This document shows positions 38,437 through 49,500 of a stretch of 64,000 nt of DNA, one piece after another. The notes beneath the pieces were generated by a model. The model saw only the letters and a list, made by a program, of their open reading frames with translations, was not told where the DNA came from and searched no databases. Positions within the stretch are counted from its first letter, which is position 1. Each line of letters opens with the position of its first letter. This DNA is from Spirochaetia bacterium. GTDB taxonomy: Bacteria; Spirochaetota; Spirochaetia; SZUA-6; Bin103. A program made the position numbers and the translations under genes. The DNA lies in contig CBDBOV010000006.1 in the NCBI GenBank assembly GCA_965208575.1, positions 1,280,001 to 1,344,000 of the forward strand. The letters run 5' to 3'.

Positions 38437-38474
38437 GTGCGGCGCGCAACGACCTCCGGCCCCCGCGCGGCGGA

Positions 38475-38732
38475 TCAGCCGCCGGCGACCGCGGGGATGA
38501 AGTACACCTCGCTATCGGCCTGCACGCGCTCCAGGAAGGCATCCTCGAGGCGCTGGCCGATGATCTCGCCGTCGATGGCGATGGCGGTGGTGGCCTTCAG
38601 CTCGTCGACCAACCCCGGAAAGCGCTCATCGAGCACGCGCAGCACGCCGCGCACGTTGTGCGCCTCCACCTCGATGCTGCTCTCGCCGCCGGTTCGCTCC
38701 AGCAGGCGAGTGGGGATTTCGATGCGCGCCAT
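38475..38732 (-). CDS. MoaD/ThiS sulfur-carrier family protein
   Basis: Ubiquitin-like size, ends FIPAVAGG. Confidence 0.85.
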   Translation of the reverse strand: MARIEIPTRLLERTGGESSIEVEAHNVRGVLRVLDERFPGLVDELKATTAIAIDGEIIGQRLEDAFLERVQADSEVYFIPAVAGG

Positions 38733-38754
38733 CGTCCCGGAACCGGCCCGGCGG

Positions 38755-39234
38755 TCAACTCTGCGCCTGCAGCACCGTGGCGGCGTCCTGCACCGCGCGC
38801 ACGATCTTGTCGTAGCCGGTGCAGCGGCACAGGTTGCCGGACAGCCAGTAGCGGATCTCGTGCTCGCTCGGGTCGGGGTTGCGCTCCAGCAGCGCCTTGG
38901 CCGCGACCACCACGCCGGGGGTGCAGATCCCGCACTGCAGGCCGGCGTGCTCCAGCAGCTTCTGCTGTACCGGGTGCAGCTTCTGGTCCTTGGCAACGCC
39001 CTCCACGGTCTCGATCTCGTGGCCGGCGGTCTCCGCCGCATACACCAGGCAGGAACAGACGATGTTGCCGTCCATCACCACGGTGCAGGCGCCGCAGTCG
39101 CCGGTGGCGCAGCCTTCCTTGGTGCCGGTGAGGCCGATCTTGTCGCGCAGCACCTCCAAGAGGCTCAAGTGCGCCTCGCACAGGAACTCGGTGGGTTCGC
39201 CGTTGATGGTGGTTTGTACGTGCATCTGGCTCAT
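38755..39234 (-). CDS. Mo-hydroxylase small (2Fe-2S) subunit, CoxS-like
   Basis: [33 protein letters not shown]. Confidence 0.93.
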   Translation of the reverse strand: MSQMHVQTTINGEPTEFLCEAHLSLLEVLRDKIGLTGTKEGCATGDCGACTVVMDGNIVCSCLVYAAETAGHEIETVEGVAKDQKLHPVQQKLLEHAGLQCGICTPGVVVAAKALLERNPDPSEHEIRYWLSGNLCRCTGYDKIVRAVQDAATVLQAQS

Positions 39235-39263
39235 GTTTCTCTCCCTTCTCTCTCGCTGTTCGC

Positions 39264-40130
39264 CTAAAGCGACGCGCGCGCCCGGTCGCGGGCCGCGGCG
39301 GCCGCGCGCCTGGTCAGCACGCCGGCGACGTGGCGGCGGAACTCGGCGGTTCCGCGCCGGTCGGTGATTGGACGGGAGGCCGCGGAAGCCGCCGCCCCGG
39401 CGCGCTCCAGGTCGCCATCGTCGATGGCGGTTCCGATCAGCGCTGCCGCCGCGTCGGGAACCATGATGGCGGTCGGCGCCACCGCTCCGAGCGCCACGCG
39501 GGCGGCGCTGCAGTTGCCGGAGGCATCGAGCGTCACGCTCACCCCCGAGCCGACCACCGCGATGTCCATCTCGTTGCGCGGGATGAAGCGCAGGTAGGCG
39601 TCGCGCGAGCCGGCGCCCGGCGCCGGAATCTCGAACGACACCAGGAACTCGCCGTCGGCGAGCACGTTGCTGCCCGGTCCGGTGCAGAAGTCCTCCACCG
39701 CAACCCGGCGCTCGCCGGTCGGTCCGGCGATCCGGCACACCGCGCCCACCGCCATCAGCGCCGGCACGGTGTCGGCCGCCGGCGACGAGTGGCACAGGTT
39801 GCCGCCCAGGCTGGCGCGGCTCTGGATCTGGGACGAGCCGATCAACTCGGCCGCCTCCACCACGCCGGGATAGACCTGGCGCAGCGTCGGGTGATCGGTC
39901 AGGTCGACCGCCGGCACCGCGGCGCCAAGCACCAGGCCATCGTCCGAGAGCGCAATCTCTCGGGTCGCGGCGATGTTCTTTACGTCGACGATCAGTTCGG
40001 GGATGTTGCGGGTCAGCCTCATCTGCACCATGAGATCGGTGCCGCCCGCCAACACCCGGGCTCCGGGATTCTGGCCGAGCACCTCGGTGGCTTCACTCAC
40101 GGTCATCGGGCTCGCGTATCGCGCACTCAT
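39264..40130 (-). CDS. Mo-hydroxylase FAD-binding medium subunit, CoxM-like
   Basis: [37 protein letters not shown]. Confidence 0.92.
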   Translation of the reverse strand: MSARYASPMTVSEATEVLGQNPGARVLAGGTDLMVQMRLTRNIPELIVDVKNIAATREIALSDDGLVLGAAVPAVDLTDHPTLRQVYPGVVEAAELIGSSQIQSRASLGGNLCHSSPAADTVPALMAVGAVCRIAGPTGERRVAVEDFCTGPGSNVLADGEFLVSFEIPAPGAGSRDAYLRFIPRNEMDIAVVGSGVSVTLDASGNCSAARVALGAVAPTAIMVPDAAAALIGTAIDDGDLERAGAAASAASRPITDRRGTAEFRRHVAGVLTRRAAAAARDRARASL

Positions 40131-40249
40131 AGCAGGGCCAGTATAACGCTCCGTGACGCAGCGCGCATACCCCGGATGCTCGACCACGCTCGACCACGAT
40201 CAACGCGCCCGACCCGCTCAGCGTCGGCTGCTCCGTGGGGTGCCTTCGG

Positions 40250-40543
40250 CTATCGCCGGCCAGCCCAGTACGTTGGCCTTCGCTTCATGTGCATTGTGGC
40301 GAGAACGCGAATACGATCGACAAGCGTCCTATAGACGACCGCGTATGGGAACCCACGTACGAGCCGTCTTCGAATCTCACCCTGCATCAGCCGACCCGAA
40401 TTGGGGAATGCGACGATTGACTCCGTGCAAGCTTCAACGGAGTCCACGAACATCATTCCCAATCCGGTACTTCTGCTCTCGTAGTAGTGGGCTGCCTCGT
40501 CGAGTTCACACACTGCCAGCGGGTGAAACGAGAGCATCCGCAT
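40250..40543 (-). CDS. RelE/ParE-family toxin
   Basis: FHPLA..EL.EA..YYE..GLG..F, RRRLVRGFPYAVVY, MHMKRRPTYW. Confidence 0.88.
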   Translation of the reverse strand: MRMLSFHPLAVCELDEAAHYYESRSTGLGMMFVDSVEACTESIVAFPNSGRLMQGEIRRRLVRGFPYAVVYRTLVDRIRVLATMHMKRRPTYWAGRR

Positions 40544-40759
40544 CTACGTCAGTTGTCCACGCAGCTCGTTGAACACCTCCTCCGCCGGTTTGTCAGTCAT
40601 GTAGGGCGCCAAGTCCCGTCTGGCGGCTTCTTCCGCCCAGATCTCGTCGTTCTGCTCAACGGTGAGCTCGTCCAGGCTCTGCAGTAGGGTGCCCGCCAAC
40701 TGCGCACGCGACCGTGGGTGAAGCTTGAGCGCCTCCGTGACTATCTCGTCCAGTTGCAT
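40544..40759 (-). CDS. Addiction module antidote (TIGR02574-like)
   Basis: EALKLHPRSRAQLAGTLLQSL..WAEEAARR..PAEEVF. Directly upstream of the toxin. Confidence 0.85.
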   Translation of the reverse strand: MQLDEIVTEALKLHPRSRAQLAGTLLQSLDELTVEQNDEIWAEEAARRDLAPYMTDKPAEEVFNELRGQLT

Positions 40760-40965
40760 GGGCTCAGTGTACCGTCGCCAGCGGCACTGTGCATCATCGA
40801 ATCTCCGACCGAGCGCATCCGGTGCCGTTGCAACCATCCGGTGGTGTTCGTAGGCTGCCGGCACGTGATGCGGATCTTCGCGGGACAGATCCTCCTGGCC
40901 ATGACGGCCCACCGGTGCCGTGCTCCGCTCCCGGCGCCGTCCAGCCGCGCCGGGATGCCGGCGCC

Positions 40966-41973
40966 GTGAATCGACCGGCCGTCCGAGGCGGCTGGCGCGG
41001 CGACCTGCTTACCCTGCTGCGCGGCGTGGGGCTGGGCGTGGTCGAGCTGGTACCGGGGGTGAGCGCCGGCACCCTGGCGCTGATTCTGGGCATCTACGAA
41101 CGCATGGTGGGCGCGATCGCCGCGCTGGTCGAGGTGGTGCGCGCACTGCTGCTGCCGCGGCGCGACGGCTCCGCCACCTGGCGGGCGCAGATCGCGCAGG
41201 CGTGGCGCGCGGTGCCGTGGCGCTTCGCGCTGGTGCTTGGGGCCGGCATGGGCGGTGCGCCGCTGCTGTTCAGCCACCCGGTGGGGACGGTGATCGATAC
41301 GGCGCCGCACCTGGCGCTGGCATTTTTTTGCGGCGTGGTGCTGGTCGCGGTGGTGCTGCCGCTGCGTTCCGTCGGTGCCTGGCGGTTGCCCCAGGTTGCG
41401 GCGTTCCTGCTTGCCGGGGCCGCCGCGGTGGTGCTGCTCGGACTGCCGGTGCAAGGCGGCGGCGAGCCGGCCATGTGGTTCCTGGGTCTGAGCGGCGTGG
41501 TGGCGGCCGCCGTGATGGTGCTGCCCGGGGTGAGCGGCGCGTTCGTACTGCTGGTGCTCGGCCCCTACCCCTACCTGATCGGCGTGATCCGCGGCCTGAC
41601 CACCGGTGACCCGCAGCTCGTGCCGCTGATCGTGTTCCAGGCCGGCGTGCTGATCGGCATGGGCGCGGTCAGCAAGGCGCTGTCGTGGCTGCTGCAACGC
41701 GCGCGCGGCATCACGCTGGCGGCGCTGAGCGGCCTCATGCTGGGCTCGCTGCGCCGCCTGTGGCCGTTCCTGGCCCGGCCCGACGCCGCCGAGGCGGATC
41801 ACCTGCCGCTGCATGCCTTCCCCAAGGTGCCGCCCGCCGAACTGGCTCAGGTACCGCCCGCCGAGCTCACGGCGGTCCTGCTGGCCGCATTGGCCGGCGC
41901 CTTGCTGGCCGCCCTCGGGGTTGCCGGCGCGTTGCGGCACGCATCGGCCGCGGGCGGGCGAGCCGACTCGTAG
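40966..41973 (+). CDS. DUF368 membrane protein (undecaprenyl-phosphate translocase family)
   Basis: Duplicated motif ELVPGVSAGTLALILGIYE and MVLPGVSGAFVLLVLG, plus GLMLGSL..WP. Confidence 0.85.
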   Translation: MNRPAVRGGWRGDLLTLLRGVGLGVVELVPGVSAGTLALILGIYERMVGAIAALVEVVRALLLPRRDGSATWRAQIAQAWRAVPWRFALVLGAGMGGAPLLFSHPVGTVIDTAPHLALAFFCGVVLVAVVLPLRSVGAWRLPQVAAFLLAGAAAVVLLGLPVQGGGEPAMWFLGLSGVVAAAVMVLPGVSGAFVLLVLGPYPYLIGVIRGLTTGDPQLVPLIVFQAGVLIGMGAVSKALSWLLQRARGITLAALSGLMLGSLRRLWPFLARPDAAEADHLPLHAFPKVPPAELAQVPPAELTAVLLAALAGALLAALGVAGALRHASAAGGRADS

Positions 41974-42120
41974 CCCCGTGGACGGCTAATTGAGCTTTGC
42001 TCTGATGTTGCGAGAGCGTCACCGGCTCCGCGCGGCGAGTAACCGAGGCACCCTGATACCAGGCGCGGCCATCTATGTTCGCCATGCCGGACGGGTTACA
42101 TTGCGGTACCCGTGACATCC

Positions 42121-42618
42121 ATGACCGACATCCTGCGACGCTCCGGCGCCATGCCGATGATGCTGGCCGCGGCCGCTTTGATGATGAGTTGCGACGTGCC
42201 TACCGCGACTCAGAAGCTAAGCGAGCAGACCCTGGCCGAGGGCGATCCGCCGAGCGCATCGGACATTTCCGGAGGCCGAGCGCTCCGCCGCTCCGACTTG
42301 GCTGGCGACAGTTGGAAGATCGTGTTTCAAGATGGCCTATCAACCCGAGGCCTGCCGCACTGGCCGCGCGTCTGGGTCGCCGTCGCACTTGGAACGAACG
42401 GACGCTACGTCGCGCATTGCGTGGAGGGGCGCTGGTGTGACGACCGGATCGGAGGAGGGGGTAGCTGGGATGTGGTAGACCGCGAGCTAAGTATCGGGGA
42501 GTTAGGCGGACCAGGATTCGAAGGGACATTCGCGAACGGCGTGCGTATCGACGCCAAAACGGTGTGCTTCGATCTGGATGCTCAGCGTTGCGGTGCCGTT
42601 CTGCAGAAGATCAGATAG
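42121..42618 (+). CDS. Hypothetical lipoprotein
   Basis: Lipobox-like AAALMMSC after a hydrophobic stretch, with four further cysteines. Confidence 0.55.
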   Translation: MTDILRRSGAMPMMLAAAALMMSCDVPTATQKLSEQTLAEGDPPSASDISGGRALRRSDLAGDSWKIVFQDGLSTRGLPHWPRVWVAVALGTNGRYVAHCVEGRWCDDRIGGGGSWDVVDRELSIGELGGPGFEGTFANGVRIDAKTVCFDLDAQRCGAVLQKIR

Positions 42619-42876
42619 GTGTCCGGACGCGGTGACCCTTCCGGATCCCAAGCTCCTGACCGCGTACCCCATGCCGCGAGTCTGCCAACTTTAAAGATAC
42701 ATACGCCGACGCTCGGTTGTGGGCGACCAAGCGCAGGACTGGAACCGCAGGCAAGCATGGTCTCGGTGCCACTGCCGCAACGCGCGAGCCGGACGCCTCG
42801 GCTGCCCGGCGGCGGCGTGCACGAACGGCTCGCCGGTTTGCGCCTTGGGGAGCGGCGGGTGTAGCGTTGGGGTGCG

Positions 42877-43476
42877 ATGCGAACCGCTCTGCTGGTGATC
42901 GACGTGCAGAACGACTTCTGCCCCGGCGGCGCCCTGGCCGTGACCGACGGCGACGCCGTGGTCGCGGCGGCGAATGCCCTGATGGCGCGCTTCGACGTGG
43001 TGGTGGCTACCCGCGACTGGCATCCTCCCGACCACTGCTCGTTCGCGTCCCGGCATCCGGGTGCCGCGCTGTACGACACCGTCGAGGTGGGCGGCGTCGC
43101 GCAGACGCTGTGGCCCGACCACTGCGTGCAGGGCAGCGACGGGGCGGCGTTGCATCCGCGCCTGGATCAGCGCGGCGTCGACCTGATTCTGCACAAGGGC
43201 ATGCGCCGCGACCTGGACTCCTACTCGGCGTTTTTCGAGAACGACCGCCGTACCGCCACCGGGCTGGCCGGCTACCTGCGCGAACTGGAGGTGCGGCAGG
43301 TGACGCTGTGCGGCCTGGCCACCGACTACTGCGTGCGCTACTCGGCGCTGGACGCCGCCCGGCTCGGGTTCGAGGTGTGCGTGATCGGGGACGCGTGCCG
43401 CGGCGTGGACGTGCCCGACGGCAACATTGCGCGCTCACTCGAACAGATGCGGGGCGCGGGAATCTCCATCGAGTAG
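42877..43476 (+). CDS. pncA: Nicotinamidase/pyrazinamidase
   Basis: IDVQNDFCPGGAL, TRDWHP..H, WPDHCVQG, KG..DSYSAF, GLATDYCV. Confidence 0.95.
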   Translation: MRTALLVIDVQNDFCPGGALAVTDGDAVVAAANALMARFDVVVATRDWHPPDHCSFASRHPGAALYDTVEVGGVAQTLWPDHCVQGSDGAALHPRLDQRGVDLILHKGMRRDLDSYSAFFENDRRTATGLAGYLRELEVRQVTLCGLATDYCVRYSALDAARLGFEVCVIGDACRGVDVPDGNIARSLEQMRGAGISIE

Positions 43477-43670
43477 GTGTCCGACCGATTGCGATGCGCC
43501 GCGGGAGCCGGACGGTCGAACCGCAAGCGGCATTCGGCGCCGCCGCGGCGCTCACTGCCCGCGCCGCGCCGCGCCTGCCGGCGGATCACGACCGGCGGTG
43601 AGCCCGTGGGCTCGGCTGCGATGGCCTTCGATGGCGGAATGAGCACGCGTACCGGGCGCGAGGAGTTGGC

Positions 43671-45044
43671 GTGACCTCGGCGCTGCTTACCGATCTCTAC
43701 CAGCTTACCATGGTGCAGGGCTACTTCCTGCGCCGCCGCGACCCGCTGGCGGCGTTCGAGCTGTTCTTTCGCCGCGCGCCGTTCGGCGGCAGCTACGCGT
43801 TGGCCGCCGGCCTCCAGGACGCGGTCGACGCCATCGCCGCGCTGCGCTTCACCACCGACGAGCTGGCATACCTGCGCAGCCTGGAGCTGTTCCGCGACGA
43901 GTTCCTGGCGTTCCTGGCGGAGTGGCGGTTCCGCGGCGCGCTGCACGCGGTGCCGGAGGGCACGGCGATGTTTCCCGGCGAGCCGCTGGTGCGGGTGACG
44001 GCGCGGCTGACCGAGGCGCAACTGGTCGAGAGCATGCTGCTCAACGTGATCAACTTCCAGACCCTGATCGCGACCAAGGCGGCGCGCATCGTGCAGGCGG
44101 CCGGCGGCGGTCCGGTGCTGGAGTTCGGGCTGCGCCGCGCCCAGGGCCGGGATGGGGCGCTGTCCGCCGCCCGCGCCGCCTATATCGGCGGCGTGCAGGG
44201 CACCTCCAACGTAGCGGCCGGCCAACGCTACGGCATCCCGGTGGGCGGCACCATGGCGCACTCCTGGATCCAGTCGTTCCCGAGCGAACAGGAGGCGTTC
44301 GACCGCTTCGCCGAGCTGTACCCCGAGCGGGCAGTCCTGCTCGTCGACACCTACGACACGTTGGCCAGCGGCATCCCGCATGCCATCCCGGCGCTGACCA
44401 GGTTGCGGGAGCGAGGACACGGCGGCTTCGGCGTGCGCCTCGACAGCGGCGACCTCGGACCGCTGAGCCGCGCGGTGCGGGCGCGCCTGGACGCCGCCGG
44501 ACTCCGGCAGGCACGGATCGTGGCCTCCAACGACCTGGACGAGGCGCGCATCAGCGAGTTGCGCGCCGCCGGCGCCCCGATAGACATGTGGGGCGTCGGC
44601 ACCCGCCTGGTCACCGCATACGACGACCCCGCCCTCGGCGGCGTCTACAAGCTGGTCGCCGTACATGACGGGGCCGGCTGGCGGCCGAGCGCGAAGCGTT
44701 CGGAGGAGGCGGGCAAGGCCACCCTGCCCGGCATCAAGCAGGTGGTGCGCTGCCGGGGGCCGGAAGGCGCAACCGAAGACCTGCTGTGCCTCGCCGACGA
44801 GGCCTCGTCCCTTGCCTCCGTGCATACCGGCGAGTTCCGCACCCCCCTGCTGGTGGAGTGCATGCGAGCCGGCCGGCGCCTCGCACCGGCCGAGCCGCTG
44901 AGCGTCATCCGCGACCGCGCTGCGGCAAGCCTCGAAAGTCTGCCTCCGACCACGCGTGCGCTCGTCAATCCGGCTCCCTATCCGGTACGACCTACCCCCA
45001 CACTGACCGCGATGCAACGCCAGACTGCGCCACACGACGCTTGA
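43671..45044 (+). CDS. pncB: Nicotinate phosphoribosyltransferase
   Basis: LLTDLYQLTM, LEFGLRRAQG, GTMAHSW, LVDTYDT, VRLDSGD, GGVYKLV. Confidence 0.95.
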   Translation: MTSALLTDLYQLTMVQGYFLRRRDPLAAFELFFRRAPFGGSYALAAGLQDAVDAIAALRFTTDELAYLRSLELFRDEFLAFLAEWRFRGALHAVPEGTAMFPGEPLVRVTARLTEAQLVESMLLNVINFQTLIATKAARIVQAAGGGPVLEFGLRRAQGRDGALSAARAAYIGGVQGTSNVAAGQRYGIPVGGTMAHSWIQSFPSEQEAFDRFAELYPERAVLLVDTYDTLASGIPHAIPALTRLRERGHGGFGVRLDSGDLGPLSRAVRARLDAAGLRQARIVASNDLDEARISELRAAGAPIDMWGVGTRLVTAYDDPALGGVYKLVAVHDGAGWRPSAKRSEEAGKATLPGIKQVVRCRGPEGATEDLLCLADEASSLASVHTGEFRTPLLVECMRAGRRLAPAEPLSVIRDRAAASLESLPPTTRALVNPAPYPVRPTPTLTAMQRQTAPHDA

Positions 45045-45049
45045 TGCGC

Positions 45050-45230
45050 TCAGGTACTCCCCACGAACCTGACCCGCCCGACCCGATTCCGGGAAAGTCG
45101 TGAGATGATCGACAGCGCGTATGACCCGGTCGACGACCGATTGCGCGGCAGGTAGGCTGGTGAGTGCAATGTAGTCGCGAATATGGGCGAGGTCGCCGAC
45201 CGCGGATTCCTGCCACCTGAGTTCGACCAA
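45050..45230 (-). pseudogene. RelE/ParE toxin truncated at the pncB 3' end
   Basis: LRWQESAVGDLAHIRDYIA..AAQSVVDRVIRAVDHLTTFPESGRAG, then reads into pncB antisense with no C-terminal third. Confidence 0.75.
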
Positions 45231-45236
45231 CAGGGG

Positions 45237-45449
45237 CTACTTGCGGAAGAACTCTCGGACCTGTTCCTGGGTGAGGAAGGAGCCTGGATCCCTGAGACGA
45301 CGCTCGGCCTCCGCAACCTGCTCGGAACTGAGGCGTACACTGCGCGGACCATCCTGGACGAAATTCAGCAGCAACCCGGCCGCTTCGTCCTGCCGCTTGC
45401 TCGGCAGGGTCCGAATTGCAGCGATCGCTTGCGAGAGCAACCTCGTCAT
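45237..45449 (-). CDS. Putative antitoxin
   Basis: MTRLLSQAIAAIRTLP..QDEAA..LS.EQ.AE.ERRL. Directly upstream of the RelE remnant. Confidence 0.65.
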   Translation of the reverse strand: MTRLLSQAIAAIRTLPSKRQDEAAGLLLNFVQDGPRSVRLSSEQVAEAERRLRDPGSFLTQEQVREFFRK

Positions 45450-45609
45450 TACTGTCACTCTACCAACGACCGCAAGCCCTGGCGAGTCCCAGGCAGTCCC
45501 TGGCGAAACCCACCTGACTCCGGCGCCGAACGGGGCGCGCGGCGACGTGAACCACCTCGCCCGAGGATTCGTAATTGTGTAAGTTGGTTTCCATTTTCGG
45601 ACGATGAAA

Positions 45610-45627
45610 GTATGTTACATGTAATAC
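45610..45627. promoter_or_regulatory. Palindrome TTACATGTAA upstream of the RHH-like gene
   Basis: gtatgTTACATGTAAtac in an AT-rich patch just before the ggagga RBS. Confidence 0.5.
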
Positions 45628-45649
45628 CGCCCGGGAGGAGTATCATTCA

Positions 45650-46057
45650 ATGGGCAAGGACGACAAGACCGAACGCAAGCGGGCGGACGGGCCGCAGGTG
45701 ATCGCGATCAAGCTCGACAAGGCGGACGGCGCCGTCGGCGATGCGATCGGGGAGGTAGTCGCCACCACGGTCGGCGAATCGCTGCGCACTACGATCGAGT
45801 CGGTGCGCAGCAAGCGCGACAACGTGGTGATGGTCCGCGTCAGCGGCGAGAGCCTGACCAGGCTGGACGAGCTGGTGGATTGCGGCCTGACCAACAGCCG
45901 CTCGGAAGCGGCGGCGTTCCTGATCGCCGAGGGGATCAAGGCGCGCCACGACCTGTACGAGAAGATCGCCGAGCAGAGCAGGGTGATCCGGCAGGCCAAG
46001 GAGCGCCTCAAGGCGCTGCTCGACGACGAGGCGATACCCGAACCGGACGACGAGTGA
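45650..46057 (+). CDS. Hypothetical protein with RHH-like DNA-binding segment and coiled coil
   Basis: NVVMVRVSGESLTRLDELVDCGLTNSRSEAAAFLI. Good RBS; stop overlaps the next gene. Confidence 0.7.
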   Translation: MGKDDKTERKRADGPQVIAIKLDKADGAVGDAIGEVVATTVGESLRTTIESVRSKRDNVVMVRVSGESLTRLDELVDCGLTNSRSEAAAFLIAEGIKARHDLYEKIAEQSRVIRQAKERLKALLDDEAIPEPDDE

Positions 46058-46554
46058 GCCACGCTGCCAACGATCGCACGGTCCACACCTTGCGGGTGAA
46101 CGGAGCCGAGCGGCGCGTCACGGCGGCACCGGATACGCCGCTGCTGCTCGTGCTGCGCAATGACCTGGGACTGACCAGTCCGAAGTACGGCTGCGGCGCG
46201 GAGCAGTGCGGGGCATGCATGGTGCTGGTCGACGGCCAGCCCGCGCCCACCTGCCGGCTGCCGCTGCGGGCGGCGGCCGGGCGCGCTATCGTCACGGTGG
46301 AGGGGCTGGCGCCGGGCGCGGATCTGCACCCGATTCAGGAGGCGTTCATCGAGCACAACGCGATTCAGTGCGGCTACTGCGCCGGCGGGGTGATGATCGC
46401 GGCCGCGGCCCTGCTGGCCCGGGAGCCATCGCCGACCCGGGAGCAGGTGCAGGCCGCGCTGGACCGCAACATCTGCCGCTACGGCGCCCACAACCGGATG
46501 ATCCGTGCCACGCGGCACGCCGCCGCGGCCGCGGCGCACGAGTCGGCACCGTGA
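46054..46554 (+). CDS. Mo-hydroxylase (2Fe-2S) small subunit, NicA-like; last Cys ligand replaced by Tyr
   Basis: KYGCGAEQCGACMV, QCGYC, NICRYG in place of N.CRCG. Confidence 0.88.
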   Translation: MSHAANDRTVHTLRVNGAERRVTAAPDTPLLLVLRNDLGLTSPKYGCGAEQCGACMVLVDGQPAPTCRLPLRAAAGRAIVTVEGLAPGADLHPIQEAFIEHNAIQCGYCAGGVMIAAAALLAREPSPTREQVQAALDRNICRYGAHNRMIRATRHAAAAAAHESAP

Positions 46555-49500
46555 ACGGCCGCATCGCGGAACGGCTGCGGTTCGAGCCCGACCGCACCGT
46601 CACCGTCCTGTCCGGCAAGGTGGAACTGGGCCAGGGGCTGAACGATGCGCTGACCCTGATCTGCAGCGAGGAGCTGGCGCTGGAGCCGAACCGAATCCGC
46701 GTGCGCTGCGGCGACACCGGTGCCACTCCCGACGACGGCCTCACCGCCGGCAGCGGATCGATGGAACGTGCCGGCGCCGCGGTCCGGGCAGCCGCACGCG
46801 CCGCGCGCCTCGAGTTGATCCTCCGCGCATCGAAGCGTCTCGGTGTGTCGCCCGGACGCCTGGTAGCGCACGCCGGGACGATCTGCCGGCACCCCGATGA
46901 CGTCGGCGGCGAACGGGGTCCCGCCCACGGCAAGGCCCCGCGTACGGCGGACCGCCCGCACAGCGGCCGCGGCTCCACGGCCCCCGCAGCCGGCGCAACC
47001 GCGGCCGGCGGCGGCATCGACTACTGGGAACTTCTCGACCCGAAGGACGCCGCGGCCCCGCCGGTTCGTCACGGCCACGCCGACGCGGCCGGCGCGACCT
47101 CCGCCGCAGCCGGGGGCGCCGCGCCCACGGGCAGCACCGCTGCGGAACTCGGTAGACGCCAGACTCACCGGAGCCGCCCGGCTGCGGCCGGGATGCCCCC
47201 GGCACCCGGCGACCGAGATCATTCCTCGCCCATCACGGTCGCCGCGCCGCGATCGGCACCGGTGGACGGCGCACGGCAAGTGCGCGATTCGTTTCCGCCG
47301 CCCCCCAAACCGGATGCGCAGCACCTCCCGACCACGGCCCCGAACCGGCCACTCGCTGCGCAGCGGAGCGAGTGGTGGCGGCGGGTGGACCGGGTGGTGC
47401 GCGCATGCGCCAACTTCGTGCACGACCTGCGCCTGCCGGACATGGTGCACGGCCGGGTGCTGCGCCCGCCCGGCTACGAGTACCGGCTCAACGCCGTGGC
47501 GGCGGACGCGGCGCGCGCCATGGACGGCGTGCTGGCGGTGGTGGTGGACGGCAGCTTCGTGGCGGTAGCCGCGGAGCGCGCGGAGCAGGCGGACGCGGCG
47601 CACGCCGTGCTGGCGGCAAGCGCTCGCTGGCAGCGGCAGGCGGACGCGCACCCAGGCGAGCGCCGCGCACCGGCCGAGACCACGCCGACCCGGCAGCACG
47701 GCGCTCAGGTACCCCGCCCGCCCGCCGACAGCGGAACACCGCAGCGCGGTTCGCAGGCCGCCGCCGCGGCCACGACGCTGCTCCGACGCCGGTCGCCGGC
47801 ACCGGGCTCGCCCGCGGCCGGTCGCGCGGCCCTGCGCGAGGCGCGGGCCGAGGTCACGCCGGGCCGGCAACGCGGATCCCCGTCGCCGGACCCGCCCGCC
47901 GCCGGCGCGACCGCCGCGCTCGACACGCCGGCCGCCGCCACGCCGCCGGCTGCCCGTGGTGGAACCCGGCGCGGCACCGACAGCGGGCGAAGCGCCCCGC
48001 CGGCGCGGCTCGGCTTGCCCGCCGATGGGCGCGCGGCGTTGTACGCGGCAAGGGCCGAGAGCAAAGCGATTCTGCGCCGCGGTTCGCCGCCCGACACGCA
48101 CACCGCCACCGTCTCGGCAACCTACTCGCGCCCGTTTCTGATGCACGCGTCGCTCGGGCCGTCCGCCGCCGCGGCGCGCCTCGACCGTGACGGCGGCCTG
48201 ACCATCTGGTCGCACACCCAGGGCCCGTACGAGTTGCGCGCCGCGCTGGCCGAGGCGCTGCGGCGCGCGCCCGAGACCATTCGCGTGATCCACGTCGACG
48301 GCGCCGGCTGCTACGGACACAACGGCGCCGACGACGTGGCGCTGGACGCGGCCCTGCTGGCGCTGGCGGTGCCGGGGCGGCCGGTACTGGTCACCTGGAG
48401 CCGGGAAGACGAGCACCGCTGGGAGCCATACGGGACGGCGATGATCGTCACCTGCAGCGCCGACCTGGACGCCGCCGGCTCGGTAACACGCTGGCGGCAT
48501 GAAGTGCGCAGCCACGCTCACGGTACCCGGCCACGCGGCACGCCGGGTCACTCCACGCTGCTGGCCGCCTGGCACCGCGCCACTCCCCTCACGCCGCCGG
48601 CGCCGCGCAACGGCACCGACCTTACCGCGGGACCGCAGCGCAACGCCGAGCCGTTGTACGACTTCCCCGGGCTCGCCATCACCACTCACTTCGTACCCGA
48701 GGCGCCGCTACGCGTGTCCGCGCTGCGTTCCCTGGGTGCGTTCGCCAACGTGTTCGCGATCGAGTCGTTCATGGACGAACTGGCGGCGCGCCGCGGCGCG
48801 GACCCGCTCGCCTACCGCCTGTGCCACCTGCGCGACGAGCGCGCCGGGCGGGTGCTTTATGCGGCGGTGCGCGCCGCCCCGGGCCGCCCCGCCCCCGCAA
48901 CGCGGTCCGTTCTCTCTCCCGCGCCAGACCCCGTCACCTCTGCCGATCACCACCGAGTCGTCGGCACGGGCATCGATTTCGCCGAGCCGGTCCGAGCCGC
49001 CGATGCACCTGCCACGGGCGCGGCGGCAGCGCCGGCCTGCACCGGTGACGAACGCCCGTTGGCGCCGGCGGCAGCCACCGCAACCAGCACCTCCGCCGAA
49101 CCTGCGCGGGCACCCGCACGTGCGCCAACCGGGAGACCGCCGGGGCCGCCGGGGCCGCCCGGGCAATCGCCGGCGAACGCCACCGGAGTGGCTGTTCCGA
49201 GCGCTACCGGCAACGAGCTGCGCGGGCGCGGCATGGCCGTGGCGCGCTACAAGAACCTGCAGGCGTGCGTGGCGGTGGTGTGCGACGTGGCGGTCGACCC
49301 CGGCAGCGGGCGGATCCGCCTGCTGCACGCCGCCATCGCCGCCGACGCCGGACGCATCGTCGACCGCGACGGGCTGGCCAACCAGCTCGAGGGAGGCTTC
49401 CTGCAGGCGGCGAGCTGGACGCTGAAGGAGGCGGTGCGCTGGGACCGCGAGGCGATCCGCAGCACCGACTGGGACACCTACCCGGTGCTGCGCTTCAGCG

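Noticed and set aside
42619-42876. NAD-related riboswitch upstream of pncA
   Set aside because: No recognisable consensus by eye. An Rfam search would be needed.
43338-45230. 630-aa RelE fusion protein
   Set aside because: Truncated RelE reading through the antisense of pncB, which stays open because of GC-rich codon bias.
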